From the IMG/VR virus record IMGVR_UViG_3300030107_001538, positions 1 through 51,631 of that record: a DNA stretch of 51,631 nucleotides, one strand, 5' to 3'. The stretch comes from a virus (Duplodnaviria; Caudoviricetes). Below the pieces are notes generated by a model, which was not told the origin of the DNA, did not search any database, and saw only the letters and a list, made by a program, of their open reading frames with translations. A program made the translations under genes and the position numbers. This document shows positions 30,578 through 39,541 of this stretch, piece after piece (within the stretch, counting starts at the first letter, position 1; each line of letters starts with the position of its first letter).

Positions 30578-32216
30578 ATGTCTCCTCGTTATTTACTTCA
30601 AATAGTCTACCAGTTTCTGGATTGTATTGTAAAGAACAAGCTAATCCGGTATCACCAGTATATCTTGATTTCAATACTCTAACTTTAGTTGTGTTTGCTT
30701 CTGTCGGGTCAGTCGCTTGTTGATTTCTTTCCAATGCTATTACACAGTCAGAAAGCTGTGCTATGCCCTGCGAACCTTTTAGATGACTCAGGGAGACAGT
30801 CACACCTTTTTCGTGTCCTCTGTCGCCTGTAGCACGTCTTAAATGGGATACTAAGATAAGTCCTACATTCGTTTCTTCAACAAGGCTACGAAGTCTGTTC
30901 ATTAAAGTATCAATGCCACGTCTTTCATCGCCTTCTGTTAAGACATTGACAAGCATATGTAAGTGGTCAACCACGACCCATTTACATTCACAACCTACAA
31001 TCATATAACGTAGCTTTGCAAATATCTCATCAATGTCCGTTGCACCGAGGTGTGAATGAATAAAAACTCTATTCTTTTCAATTACTTTGTCAAACAAAGC
31101 ATTCAAATCTTCTTCAGTATAACTTTCTCGTTTCTCATTTAAATATAACCGGTCATTGGCTTCAATAGATATTAAACCATCAGCAGTTCTTAACCAGTTT
31201 TCTTCAAGAGCAATGATACCAACATTATCTTTGGTTGTCTTGATAAGCCAATGCTCTAGCTCTCTAGTCACAGAAGACTTACCAAGACCCGTACCACCGG
31301 TTAATGTTACTAACTCGCCTTGTCTCAATCCATATAATTTCTTATTCAATCCTTCCCAAGGATAAGCAATACTTTCTTTTACTTCTCGGTTTAACCAATT
31401 ATCTTTTTGTCCAGACAATTCCATAATACCAGATGGAGTATAAGTCTTAGCTTCCCACCATGCTTTAGTAAATGCTTGGAATTGTTTTTGATTTAACATA
31501 TCGTTGGCATCTTTATAACCATTAGGGAAACTCATTATCCTAACCTTCCCGGGTTTTAAAAGACGAGCAACTTGTCTTGATGCTTCTCGACCTGCCTTAT
31601 CATTATCAAAACATAAAACTATATTTTCAAATGATTCAACAAACTCAATGCTTTCTCGTATATCTTTAACAGCTCCAGATGCTCCACGTTTAAGTGAGAC
31701 TACTGCCCACTTACCTTGAAACAATTCATCAACTGCCATTGCATCACATTCACCTTCGGTAATAGTTAAATATTTACCACCGGTATTGCGATAGAGCTGT
31801 TCACCAAATAACCCAGTACCTTCAAATGTACCTTTGGTCATAAAGTTTTTATCAGCTACAAATCTTGTTTTAGTTATTGCTATTTCATTACCATTAAAGT
31901 AAGGATAAATATGTTGAGTGATACTACCATTTGCATCTTTTACTATTCTAACTCCAAACTTCTTTGCAGTATCTTGAGTGATACCTCTATCAGTTAGTTC
32001 GCCAAAGATTCCAGTATAAGAATCTAAAAATGTATTTGTTGCTTTCGGTGTCGTTTCCACAATCTTGCCCTCACTTGCAGTTTCATAATCGGTAAAAAAA
32101 GTAGAGCAACTGAAACAATAAGCTGACTTATCAGCGTTCATTGAAACAGCATCAGAGCTACCACATTTTGGACAGGGTAATCTGTGCTTTACAAATTTAC
32201 TTTTTTCTTGTTGCAT
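30552..32216 (-). CDS. Primase-helicase (T7 gp4-like)
   Basis: Zn finger CPKC..CFSC, TEGECDA, FDNDKAG, Walker A GGTGLGKS, VDHL, LKGS..IAQLSD, KSRYTG. Confidence 0.93.
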   Translation of the reverse strand: MQQEKSKFVKHRLPCPKCGSSDAVSMNADKSAYCFSCSTFFTDYETASEGKIVETTPKATNTFLDSYTGIFGELTDRGITQDTAKKFGVRIVKDANGSITQHIYPYFNGNEIAITKTRFVADKNFMTKGTFEGTGLFGEQLYRNTGGKYLTITEGECDAMAVDELFQGKWAVVSLKRGASGAVKDIRESIEFVESFENIVLCFDNDKAGREASRQVARLLKPGKVRIMSFPNGYKDANDMLNQKQFQAFTKAWWEAKTYTPSGIMELSGQKDNWLNREVKESIAYPWEGLNKKLYGLRQGELVTLTGGTGLGKSSVTRELEHWLIKTTKDNVGIIALEENWLRTADGLISIEANDRLYLNEKRESYTEEDLNALFDKVIEKNRVFIHSHLGATDIDEIFAKLRYMIVGCECKWVVVDHLHMLVNVLTEGDERRGIDTLMNRLRSLVEETNVGLILVSHLRRATGDRGHEKGVTVSLSHLKGSQGIAQLSDCVIALERNQQATDPTEANTTKVRVLKSRYTGDTGLACSLQYNPETGRLFEVNNEETFDNEELDF

Positions 32217-32225
32217 TCTATCTCC

Positions 32226-32282
32226 AAAAAAAAAGCTAGGTCAGGAATAAAAATTAGGAGAGTAAAAAAACCTAACCCAGCT
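32226..32282 (-). terminator. Putative intrinsic terminator/attenuator before primase-helicase
   Basis: On - strand AGCUGGGUUAGG pairs with CCUGACCUAGCU (with G-U pairs), followed by a U-run. Confidence 0.55.
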
Positions 32283-32294
32283 CCGTGTTCTTAA

Positions 32295-32573
32295 TTAATC
32301 AGATTCTTTATCGACCTCCTCATCGACAATTGTTTTAGTTTCTGATTCCAATAAAGTCGTACCAGACTTATCGCTATTAACTATCTCTACAATTTTATTT
32401 GAAAAGAAATTAATAGCTGCTTGAGTTTCCTCAAGGTCTAAAGTCTGATTGACTTTCTTTTGATTAAGTCGTTGTAATCTACCAAAGACTCCTTGCCCTT
32501 CTTCGGGTAAGTCTTCAACTTGAATATCAACTCCATCAATCGTGACATAGGGTTTTTGTTCTACAGTTTCCAT
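32295..32573 (-). CDS. Hypothetical protein
   Basis: 92 aa, coupled to SSB. Confidence 0.6.
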   Translation of the reverse strand: METVEQKPYVTIDGVDIQVEDLPEEGQGVFGRLQRLNQKKVNQTLDLEETQAAINFFSNKIVEIVNSDKSGTTLLESETKTIVDEEVDKESD

Positions 32574-32989
32574 TAGAACTCTTCCCCGTCTGATAGTAAT
32601 TCATCACCATCAGCACCTTTGTACTCTACTAACTCAGTTACTTGCACTGCTTGAAGGTCAAGTCCAATATATGGACCGAACTTTCCTTCACCACTGTACT
32701 CATTGTACTGAACTCTTACTTTAGAGCCATTACCTACAGCAACATTTATTTCTTGCTTGTCGCTATCAAGTAATCTAGGAGCAGACCTAACCATTCCGTT
32801 AGGACCATTTACTTTTCTTTTGATAACTAAAGCAGGACCTTCGTCATGTTGCTTTACCTTGTGACCCCTTGATGCAAAGTCATTTGCTATGTCTTCCTCA
32901 ACAATTAAGTCGAGTGTATACACAGGTTCAAACCTTGTATTAGGGGTTGTGATACTTGCCCATTTGGCAACACCATTTAATATAGCCAT
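32573..32989 (-). CDS. Single-stranded DNA-binding protein (T7 gp2.5 / DUF2815-like)
   Basis: VGNGSKVRV, LQAVQV.ELVEY, acidic tail ending in F; SD GGAGG. Confidence 0.8.
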   Translation of the reverse strand: MAILNGVAKWASITTPNTRFEPVYTLDLIVEEDIANDFASRGHKVKQHDEGPALVIKRKVNGPNGMVRSAPRLLDSDKQEINVAVGNGSKVRVQYNEYSGEGKFGPYIGLDLQAVQVTELVEYKGADGDELLSDGEEF

Positions 32990-33146
32990 AATTTACCTCC
33001 TTATTAGCTTTATTAATATTAAAAAATCAGTGAGAGTTTTTGAGCCAACTACTCTCGAAGTTCTAACCACAGAAGCAGTAAAACCAAACCAGTCTAATTG
33101 GAGATAGAGGGCTTGTAGGGTCTGATTACTCATGTTCATTTGAAAG

Positions 33147-33175
33147 ATTATACCACAGGTAATTTTTTTTATCTA
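33147..33175 (-). promoter_or_regulatory. Extended -10 sigma70-type promoter for the replication operon
   Basis: TAGATA-17 nt-TATAAT with TGn extension. Confidence 0.65.
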
Positions 33176-33283
33176 CCCTGTCCTCTATATTTTTTATAGC
33201 TTCTTTTACGATGCTTGTTCATATGCTTCATTGAAACTTTTATCCTTCTACTTCTACCACCTGTACCCTGTGAGGTACTTTTT

Positions 33284-33562
33284 TTAGTGCGGTTTATTGT
33301 TAGTACTGTTTTCTTGACTGCCATTTAATAATGTCTCATATATTAGTTGTTCGTTGTCTATCTTACCTCTCATTTCCCGGAGTAATCTAAAGTCTCCCAT
33401 GAATGGGAAGTTATCATTAGTATCAACTCTAGTTAAGTGAACAATATCTTCTACTGCCTCCATACTAACTAGATTATCTATTGCCTCAATAATTGAAAAA
33501 GCAAAAGTTTTAATTGTTTCGGGTTCGTTATCTATAATAACTTCACAATTGTATTCATACAT
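33284..33562 (-). CDS. Hypothetical protein
   Basis: 92 aa ORF in early/middle cluster. Confidence 0.55.
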   Translation of the reverse strand: MYEYNCEVIIDNEPETIKTFAFSIIEAIDNLVSMEAVEDIVHLTRVDTNDNFPFMGDFRLLREMRGKIDNEQLIYETLLNGSQENSTNNKPH

Positions 33563-33815
33563 TTAATTTTTCCTGTAATTGTTTATAAGTTTTAATGTCT
33601 GGATGTTTTTTTAATTTTTTAAGAAGCCATTTATCTGACATGTGTAAAAGAGTAATGCCTTTAATTCCCTCCATATATTTTTCATCTGGTAATAAAGAAT
33701 TTATAGTTTCTATTGAAACTTTTTTAGCTTCTTCAGGAGGTAATAAACTTTGCATCCATTCAACCTGCATTGGTTTAATTCTTTTTTTTAATTCTCTAAC
33801 TTTTTTCTGGTTCAA
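33555..33815 (-). CDS. Hypothetical protein
   Basis: 86 aa, TTG start. Confidence 0.55.
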   Translation of the reverse strand: MNQKKVRELKKRIKPMQVEWMQSLLPPEEAKKVSIETINSLLPDEKYMEGIKGITLLHMSDKWLLKKLKKHPDIKTYKQLQEKLNV

Positions 33816-33951
33816 TTTCTATAACTCCTTCATCTAATAAATCTTTCAAAAATGTTTTAGCGTTATCAATTAGTATTGCCTCAACCTCCTCAAGACTACT
33901 TGCCTCAACAATTATTGCCTCCATGTTCCCTAAATAAATTTTAAATTTCAT
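33796..33951 (-). CDS. 51-aa hypothetical protein (not in ORF track)
   Basis: MKFKIYLGNMEAIIVEASSLEEV...; fills the gap, ATGA overlap. Confidence 0.5.
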   Translation of the reverse strand: MKFKIYLGNMEAIIVEASSLEEVEAILIDNAKTFLKDLLDEGVIEIEPEKS

Positions 33952-34196
33952 TTTCTAACTTTATAGATTCCTGAAAGTTTTTCTTTTTTAGTATGTTCAC
34001 TTTGCATAATCTCATTGTATAATTGTTGTTGAATTATTTTATATTCGGTCTTGTCCTCCACATTTAACAGTTTAACATTTTCCAATTTAGGTTTCCAAGT
34101 TTTCCACCAAATTTTTTTTAAAGGTCTGACATTCCATTGCCATTCTATATGTCTGCCTTCATAGTCATAGCCAAAAATAGGATTATGTTCAAACAC
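33948..34196 (-). CDS. Hypothetical protein
   Basis: 82 aa ORF. Confidence 0.55.
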   Translation of the reverse strand: MFEHNPIFGYDYEGRHIEWQWNVRPLKKIWWKTWKPKLENVKLLNVEDKTEYKIIQQQLYNEIMQSEHTKKEKLSGIYKVRK

Positions 34197-34422
34197 TATA
34201 CTGCCTCGACATATGTTCTAAGTCTTGACTAGAAACAGCATTAGCACAATGAGTTGATAGAAAAGCAATTACTAAATTAACAATAGTATTTTCTTCATAG
34301 TGTTCCCAAATGTAATCACAACAATCAGCTTCTAAATCTGGTCTTGCTGGTAAACACCATAACTCTGCTACCTCTTCGCCTATTTTATCTTTTATTATAT
34401 CATTAGCTTCGTTGCTCATCAT
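34189..34422 (-). CDS. Hypothetical protein
   Basis: 77 aa, SD GGAGG. Confidence 0.55.
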   Translation of the reverse strand: MMSNEANDIIKDKIGEEVAELWCLPARPDLEADCCDYIWEHYEENTIVNLVIAFLSTHCANAVSSQDLEHMSRQYSV

Positions 34423-34618
34423 TACCTCCTAACATTTCCTCAAAAGTATAATCAGAATGATTGGTCACAAAAAATTTATCGCCATGATAAAAGACTTCAT
34501 GCCCCCATTTGTTAGTATAAAATTCTTCATAGTGATTATCTATAAAATCATTAAACTTTTTATACTCTGCTTTTGTTAGTATTTTAGTATTATCATCATA
34601 GAAATTAAACATTGCCAT
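34403..34618 (-). CDS. Hypothetical protein
   Basis: 71 aa ORF. Confidence 0.55.
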   Translation of the reverse strand: MAMFNFYDDNTKILTKAEYKKFNDFIDNHYEEFYTNKWGHEVFYHGDKFFVTNHSDYTFEEMLGGNDEQRS

Positions 34619-34620
34619 AA

Positions 34621-34866
34621 TTACTCCTGACTTTCCAATTTATTTTTAAGCTCTTCAAGTTCCGATTTTAGTTCTTCATAATCAGAATACTTTACTGTGT
34701 CTTCAACATTATATTCAATATTATCTACTGTCGATTGACAATCATCAAAGTCGGCTCTAAGTCCTTCTAGTTCTTGTTTATCATCATAAGTTCTATCATC
34801 TATTATCTTTAATAATCTATCCAGAATAATATAAGTGATAAGATTTGCTAACCATTTTTTAAACAT
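34621..34866 (-). CDS. Hypothetical protein with hydrophobic N-terminus and acidic coiled coil
   Basis: 81 aa ORF. Confidence 0.55.
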   Translation of the reverse strand: MFKKWLANLITYIILDRLLKIIDDRTYDDKQELEGLRADFDDCQSTVDNIEYNVEDTVKYSDYEELKSELEELKNKLESQE

Positions 34867-34878
34867 AGGTACTCCTAT

Positions 34879-35589
34879 TTAATTTATTGAAATTACAAAA
34901 CCTGATGTATCCTTCTTAGCTTTACCTTTAGCAGTCAAGCCAACAACAACATTGGGTTCATCTAAAAATCGCATATCATATTTATCGCCATCAATAACCT
35001 TACGACCTTTATACCATAAGGGTAGGGCATGATTAAATACAACTGCAATATTATAACTCAACTTGTCAAACCATGAAGCATATTTTTTATTAGCTTCTGA
35101 GTACGACCAAGTCAAATGATAATTCTCTATCTGACTAACTTTCCTAGTAGGTATTTTAGTATAGTCATAAAACTGTATGTCGGGAAAAGTATCAAAGACA
35201 TTAACACCTTGCAACTCTTGATACTCCCATTGAATATCAGATGTACCATTTAATCTGACACAAGGTTTTTTATCTAAGCGTTTTGCCTTTTGCTCAAACT
35301 TATATATCTCATCATAAAGTTTTTCAAGAAATAACTCTGGAGTATCTAAAAACATTTTAGTTCTACGCTTACGAGCTTCTTGAATCACATTAGTAGTCTC
35401 GCCTTTTTTAAATATACCGCCACGACCAGCAGTATTTAAACAAGCATCTTTGCATTTAGCAATATCTTGATAAGGACATATCTTAGTGCTGTTGGGGTGT
35501 AAGTGCATAATAGCACTTGTCCATTGGTCATGTAGCTTATCGCCTTTAATTAATTTGGGATTACCCTGTATTGTTAATAGTGTTGTCAT
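34879..35589 (-). CDS. GP88-like protein (Cys cluster, radical-SAM-like)
   Basis: CPYQDIAKCKDACL, RLNGTSD, QFYDYTK, NYHLTWS, DGD..D.RFLD. Confidence 0.7.
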   Translation of the reverse strand: MTTLLTIQGNPKLIKGDKLHDQWTSAIMHLHPNSTKICPYQDIAKCKDACLNTAGRGGIFKKGETTNVIQEARKRRTKMFLDTPELFLEKLYDEIYKFEQKAKRLDKKPCVRLNGTSDIQWEYQELQGVNVFDTFPDIQFYDYTKIPTRKVSQIENYHLTWSYSEANKKYASWFDKLSYNIAVVFNHALPLWYKGRKVIDGDKYDMRFLDEPNVVVGLTAKGKAKKDTSGFVISIN

Positions 35590-35695
35590 GTTTTGCCCTC
35601 TTGACTGTTGGTTTAACTTTTTCTGGAAAAGGTTCTTTACCTCTTCTAATTCTATTCATCATTTCCATGTGGTCTTTCATTGTCATACTCATAAT

Positions 35696-35833
35696 TTACC
35701 TCGTATTATTTTTAATTATGTGCCAAGCTTTTTGAATATCATCAGTCGGCTCGTCTGCCCATTCTATTTCTCTAGTAATAACATCATCAATAATTTTAAT
35801 TGCATCAGCTACACTTCGTATTTCATCATTCAT
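35696..35833 (-). CDS. 45-aa hypothetical protein (not in ORF track)
   Basis: MNDEIRSVADAIKIIDD...; adjacent to upstream stop. Confidence 0.4.
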   Translation of the reverse strand: MNDEIRSVADAIKIIDDVITREIEWADEPTDDIQKAWHIIKNNTR

Positions 35834-36106
35834 TCAACCACCTCGTCTGTATTTCGTCAATAAGTCTTTATTAGTAAGTTTCTTACCAATTATATATCTC
35901 TTTTGAGTTTTATGTACTAACCTTTCAACTCGACCATCATTGAAAGTTGTATCAGTCACATAGCCCTCTCTAGTTGTGTTAGGATAATCATATCCCATAG
36001 TCGTAGTATCAGAATCAAAAGTATGTATATGAGCAATACCTTTTGCCCATTCTTCTGCTTCTAAAATTAGTTCTTGTTCTGCTACTTGTGTTTTATATTC
36101 AGTCAT
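35834..36106 (-). CDS. Hypothetical protein
   Basis: 90 aa ORF. Confidence 0.55.
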   Translation of the reverse strand: MTEYKTQVAEQELILEAEEWAKGIAHIHTFDSDTTTMGYDYPNTTREGYVTDTTFNDGRVERLVHKTQKRYIIGKKLTNKDLLTKYRRGG

Positions 36107-36217
36107 GCTTCTTCCTTTTCTAATTCATGTCGTAAAGGCGTTGTTCATATGATTGTCGGAAGCAATCATGCAGGATTTATACTTTAATAGCTATCCTCTT
36201 TTCCGCTAACCTTTACT

Positions 36218-36355
36218 TTAATAATCATTGTCGTTATATTTTACCATACCTTGTTTATCAAACTTCTTAGGTTCGTGAGGTTTAACAAAAAACAAAGTTG
36301 CCATAGCACTTGTGAATACTATAATACAAAACATTAACAAATAACCATTATCCAT
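36218..36355 (-). CDS. 45-aa membrane peptide (not in ORF track)
   Basis: MDNGYLLMFCIIVFTSAMATLFFV... Confidence 0.45.
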   Translation of the reverse strand: MDNGYLLMFCIIVFTSAMATLFFVKPHEPKKFDKQGMVKYNDNDY

Positions 36356-36357
36356 AA

Positions 36358-36612
36358 TCACACCTTATAAAAATATACATCCCACCTTACCGCATGTTCT
36401 AATGGGCAAAAGGGAATTGTTCTCTGATTGTAGTTAGGATTTTTTCTACCCCACCTACCTTGACACTTAACATAATGGTTAGTAATTCCTAACTTATTAG
36501 TGTAAGATATTGTTTTTCTTAGCTTTTTTAATTCATCTAATCCTTTTGATTTATCTTTATCATTAGGATTAAATACAGTAAAAGCATAACTGCTTGTTCG
36601 AGATTTACTCAT
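36358..36612 (-). CDS. Hypothetical protein
   Basis: 84 aa, SD AGGAGG. Confidence 0.6.
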   Translation of the reverse strand: MSKSRTSSYAFTVFNPNDKDKSKGLDELKKLRKTISYTNKLGITNHYVKCQGRWGRKNPNYNQRTIPFCPLEHAVRWDVYFYKV

Positions 36613-36621
36613 GCTACCTCC

Positions 36622-36828
36622 TTAATCTTCGTAATAAAAATCTGCACATTCTAATAAACATTCAACACCATATAATTGATGTAGTTCACTTTTGAATTGT
36701 TTTTTCATATCTTTATCATCTTTGTTTGATTTAATGCAATTTTTAGAATCATTGATTAAACAGCGAACAACTGCTAAAGCTGTTTCTAGTTCTTTGCTTT
36801 TTCTTTTATATGTAAGTTCAATACTCAT
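36622..36828 (-). CDS. Hypothetical protein
   Basis: 68 aa, SD GGAGG. Confidence 0.55.
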   Translation of the reverse strand: MSIELTYKRKSKELETALAVVRCLINDSKNCIKSNKDDKDMKKQFKSELHQLYGVECLLECADFYYED

Positions 36829-37076
36829 GCTTCCTCCTTATTTTCTGCTCGTTGCCTTGCATATTCTAAACTCTGCCATTTGTCAGCATCGCCTAATATT
36901 GCAACTGCAAGACCATTTACTAAGTCTTCCAAAGTATAACCTTCTCTGAGTTTTACTTTAGCTTCTGAGTAATCATACTCACACATATCATAGATAACAT
37001 CTTCCATGCCACTTAATAATCGCATAGCATCTGCCCCTTTTTGTATATCATCTGAATCAAAACTTATATAGCTCAT
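36825..37076 (-). CDS. Hypothetical protein
   Basis: 83 aa ORF. Confidence 0.55.
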   Translation of the reverse strand: MSYISFDSDDIQKGADAMRLLSGMEDVIYDMCEYDYSEAKVKLREGYTLEDLVNGLAVAILGDADKWQSLEYARQRAENKEEA

Positions 37077-37264
37077 TATTCCACCTCAATCTTACAAGTA
37101 TTTAAATTTTCTTCTGGTATCAAACAAGATATTTCAAACTCTTGCCCACCACTATGAACAATAATAATATCTTTGCTACCAAAAGTCTTACCAGAACTTT
37201 CGTGTTCTCTAGTTCTTAAAACTATTCGTTCTACATTATGCAAACTAATCTCTTTCAATGCCAT
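37076..37264 (-). CDS. Hypothetical protein
   Basis: 62 aa, SD GGAGG. Confidence 0.55.
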   Translation of the reverse strand: MALKEISLHNVERIVLRTREHESSGKTFGSKDIIIVHSGGQEFEISCLIPEENLNTCKIEVE

Positions 37265-37505
37265 CTTGTGCCTCCATTTCTTCTATAAAATCTTTAATCT
37301 TTTGTATATTTTTATCATGATATCGTTCTAGTTCTAATTTACTTTCAAGATTTAAAGCACGAACTACATGAACTAAATCCATGTCAAGTATATTTACCCA
37401 ATCGCCTTTACTTCTTGACCAGTATTTAAACTCATCTGTCATATCACAAGGTATTTTACTCTCTTCAATAACAGATTGTATTTCTAATAATTTTTTAACT
37501 TTCAT
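37245..37505 (-). CDS. Hypothetical protein (start probably 37505)
   Basis: YWSRSKGDWVNILDMDLVHVVRAL motif; an upstream 41-aa ORF (37495-37620) occupies the rest of the interval. Confidence 0.5.
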   Translation of the reverse strand: MKVKKLLEIQSVIEESKIPCDMTDEFKYWSRSKGDWVNILDMDLVHVVRALNLESKLELERYHDKNIQKIKDFIEEMEAQDGIERD

Positions 37506-37619
37506 CTTCTTCCTCTTTGTACATAACAATTTTAATTTTTTCATTAACAAAATCTTTACCGAAAGTATCTTCTAGTTTTTTTGTTAAATCATTTTTAAAT
37601 TTTTGTTTATCAGTTTTCA

Positions 37620-37826
37620 TTACACTACCCTCACTATATCTTCAACATAAATACTGCCCATTTCATCAAAGAAACCAACTTCACTAGCTTTCATATCAAC
37701 AAGTAAAGTAGTTTTAAAACCTCTGCCTTGTTTAATAGATTCCAGAGCATAAGCATTACACTCGCCTAGTCCATTATTAACTCTTAACAGAGTACCTTTT
37801 TTGATTGTTTCTAATTTATCTATCAT
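37620..37826 (-). CDS. Hypothetical protein
   Basis: 68 aa, GFFDEMGSIY motif. Confidence 0.6.
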   Translation of the reverse strand: MIDKLETIKKGTLLRVNNGLGECNAYALESIKQGRGFKTTLLVDMKASEVGFFDEMGSIYVEDIVRVV

Positions 37827-37827
37827 C

Positions 37828-38238
37828 TTAACTTAACTCCTTTGTAATTTGATTGATTATATCATGTAATTTTTCCTGCCAATCAGGGTCTATTAAAGCT
37901 ATTGCTAATTTTCTTTCAATATCACTTTGCAAATCCCAAGTGCTTTCATTCCAATAAGCATTGTCGTTATAACTATCCCAATTCAACTTACTGTTTTTAT
38001 GAGTATTATTAAAATTTTCTACTGTTTTATTTAATTTAGTACGAAGCACTCTTCGTTTATTTTCTAACTTAGTAATAGCTTTTTGAATATCTATCAAGTC
38101 TTTTTGTACCTTTTTAATAGGTTTGAACTCGTTAGATTTTTCTGCTTTTTTCTGAGTAATTTTTCTACTAGCTACAATATTATTTAATATCTCTCTAGCT
38201 ATAGCGTTTTGCTCAAACTTTCTGATTTGTTTTGTCAT
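37828..38238 (-). CDS. Hypothetical coiled-coil protein
   Basis: 136 aa, SD GGAGG. Confidence 0.6.
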   Translation of the reverse strand: MTKQIRKFEQNAIAREILNNIVASRKITQKKAEKSNEFKPIKKVQKDLIDIQKAITKLENKRRVLRTKLNKTVENFNNTHKNSKLNWDSYNDNAYWNESTWDLQSDIERKLAIALIDPDWQEKLHDIINQITKELS

Positions 38239-38269
38239 AATATACCTCCAATAAATGTATATAGTTTGT

Positions 38270-38645
38270 TAAATGCGAAACCTAATAAAGTAAAATTAAG
38301 TATGAGGTCACACTCTTCGGCTCTTCATTAGGTCTCGACTTCTATGTGTATAACAGCCGAAATTCTTAAAATTTAGTGATGATGATAGAAGTGTAGGTGG
38401 CTACTTCTCCTACGTTCTTCTGCAGTACCAATCTTTCTACTATCACCAATTACTATTGTTGCAAGTCGAGGTTTTTGTTTTATCAAGTATCGCTAAATAC
38501 TCAAGAAGAATAATGTTATGTGTACTTCTTCCAAGCCGATTTTTTGTACACAACCTCTGTCTTTGCAAATGTTCTTTATTCTCTCAGTAGTTAGACAAAG
38601 AAAACTAAACAGAAACTTTATCTAACTACCTTCTAGGAGAAATAC
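38270..38645 (-). ncRNA. Putative structured leader / ncRNA with four consecutive stem-loops
   Basis: Stems 38276-38290/38323-38337, 38376-38391/38433-38447, 38459-38473/38551-38568, 38587-38600/38616-38629; A.C mismatches on + read as G-U on -. Confidence 0.5.
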
Positions 38646-38707
38646 TTTTTATTTTTTATCGTGCTTTTCAATTTTTTTTATTTGCACTAGCCCTTCCAAG
38701 CCCTCAA

Positions 38708-38747
38708 ACTTTCTCACAAGCCGAGCAGACCTGTCAAGTCTACAATA
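38708..38747 (-). promoter_or_regulatory. Early promoter, copy 1
   Basis: TATTGTAGAC-TTGACA-GG element shared with 39520-39537; TG at the same offset in both, weak -10. Confidence 0.55.
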
Positions 38748-38749
38748 CT

Positions 38750-38953
38750 TTAAGACCAAATAGATATGTTCCATACTACTCCCATGTCCATATTATTTTT
38801 ACTAAGATAACCGAAGTTAGAAGTTAATAATAACTTTTGCCTACCTTTACCGTATATTTTAAACTTTTCATTTTTATAATTAATACTCTCTCGATAAGAA
38901 TATTTAAGTTTTTTTAAATATATTTTTGCTTTTTCTTCACTTGTAAATTGCAC
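38750..38953 (-). CDS. Hypothetical protein
   Basis: 67 aa, GTG start, SD GGAGG. Confidence 0.5.
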   Translation of the reverse strand: MQFTSEEKAKIYLKKLKYSYRESINYKNEKFKIYGKGRQKLLLTSNFGYLSKNNMDMGVVWNISIWS

Positions 38954-39139
38954 TTAGACCTCCTGATTTTCAGCAACGACTTTAAAAGTATAACCATGTT
39001 GTTTTAATTTATTAATAGTAAATTCTGTTAAAGTTTTATGTCCAGATATATCTGTAATCATTTTAGAAAATTTACAATTAGGATAAACAAAATCAGTACC
39101 ATAATTAGTTTTTTTATATACTATAAGTTCCTTAGTCAT
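38954..39139 (-). CDS. Hypothetical protein
   Basis: 61 aa, YG...YP.C..S....I.G.KTLT motif. Confidence 0.6.
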   Translation of the reverse strand: MTKELIVYKKTNYGTDFVYPNCKFSKMITDISGHKTLTEFTINKLKQHGYTFKVVAENQEV

Positions 39140-39461
39140 TGTGTTTTATCTCTTTAACTGTTTCAGTTAAGTGATGAAAAGAATAAGTACCATCACCATA
39201 AACATCATTATAAAACTTAGCTAATGTAAATAATTCTGGTAAAAGTTTTTTGCATAAGTTTAAGTTATTACAATCTAAAGGACTTACAGCTTTGAAGCAC
39301 ATATTAATAGCTTCTGCTATTACAGTAGCTCTAGTATCTGCCATGCCATTATCTATTAAGTACATAGCTATTAAACTATGCGTATTTCCTCTATCGACAT
39401 GATAATCATCATAATCTTCTAGTGGTTTGTATTGTTTATTTATAGTCATATTTATCTCCAT
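39132..39461 (-). CDS. Hypothetical protein (start possibly at second ATG, 39449)
   Basis: 109 aa; GGAG precedes the ATG at 39449. Confidence 0.55.
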   Translation of the reverse strand: MEINMTINKQYKPLEDYDDYHVDRGNTHSLIAMYLIDNGMADTRATVIAEAINMCFKAVSPLDCNNLNLCKKLLPELFTLAKFYNDVYGDGTYSFHHLTETVKEIKHND

Positions 39462-39497
39462 TTAGTTAATATTTGTTTGCCCTCTTGAGCTTTTAAA

Positions 39498-39537
39498 ATT
39501 TTGGCACGACCTCTTTTCGCCTGTCAAGTTTACAATA
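39498..39537 (-). promoter_or_regulatory. Early promoter, copy 2
   Basis: TATTGTAAAC-TTGACA-18 nt-CAAAAT with TGn. Confidence 0.55.
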
Positions 39538-39541
39538 TTGT

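Noticed and set aside
25097-32216. Inteins or introns in RNR, PolA or helicase
   Set aside because: The ORFs are continuous and of normal or compact length, with no splicing motifs.
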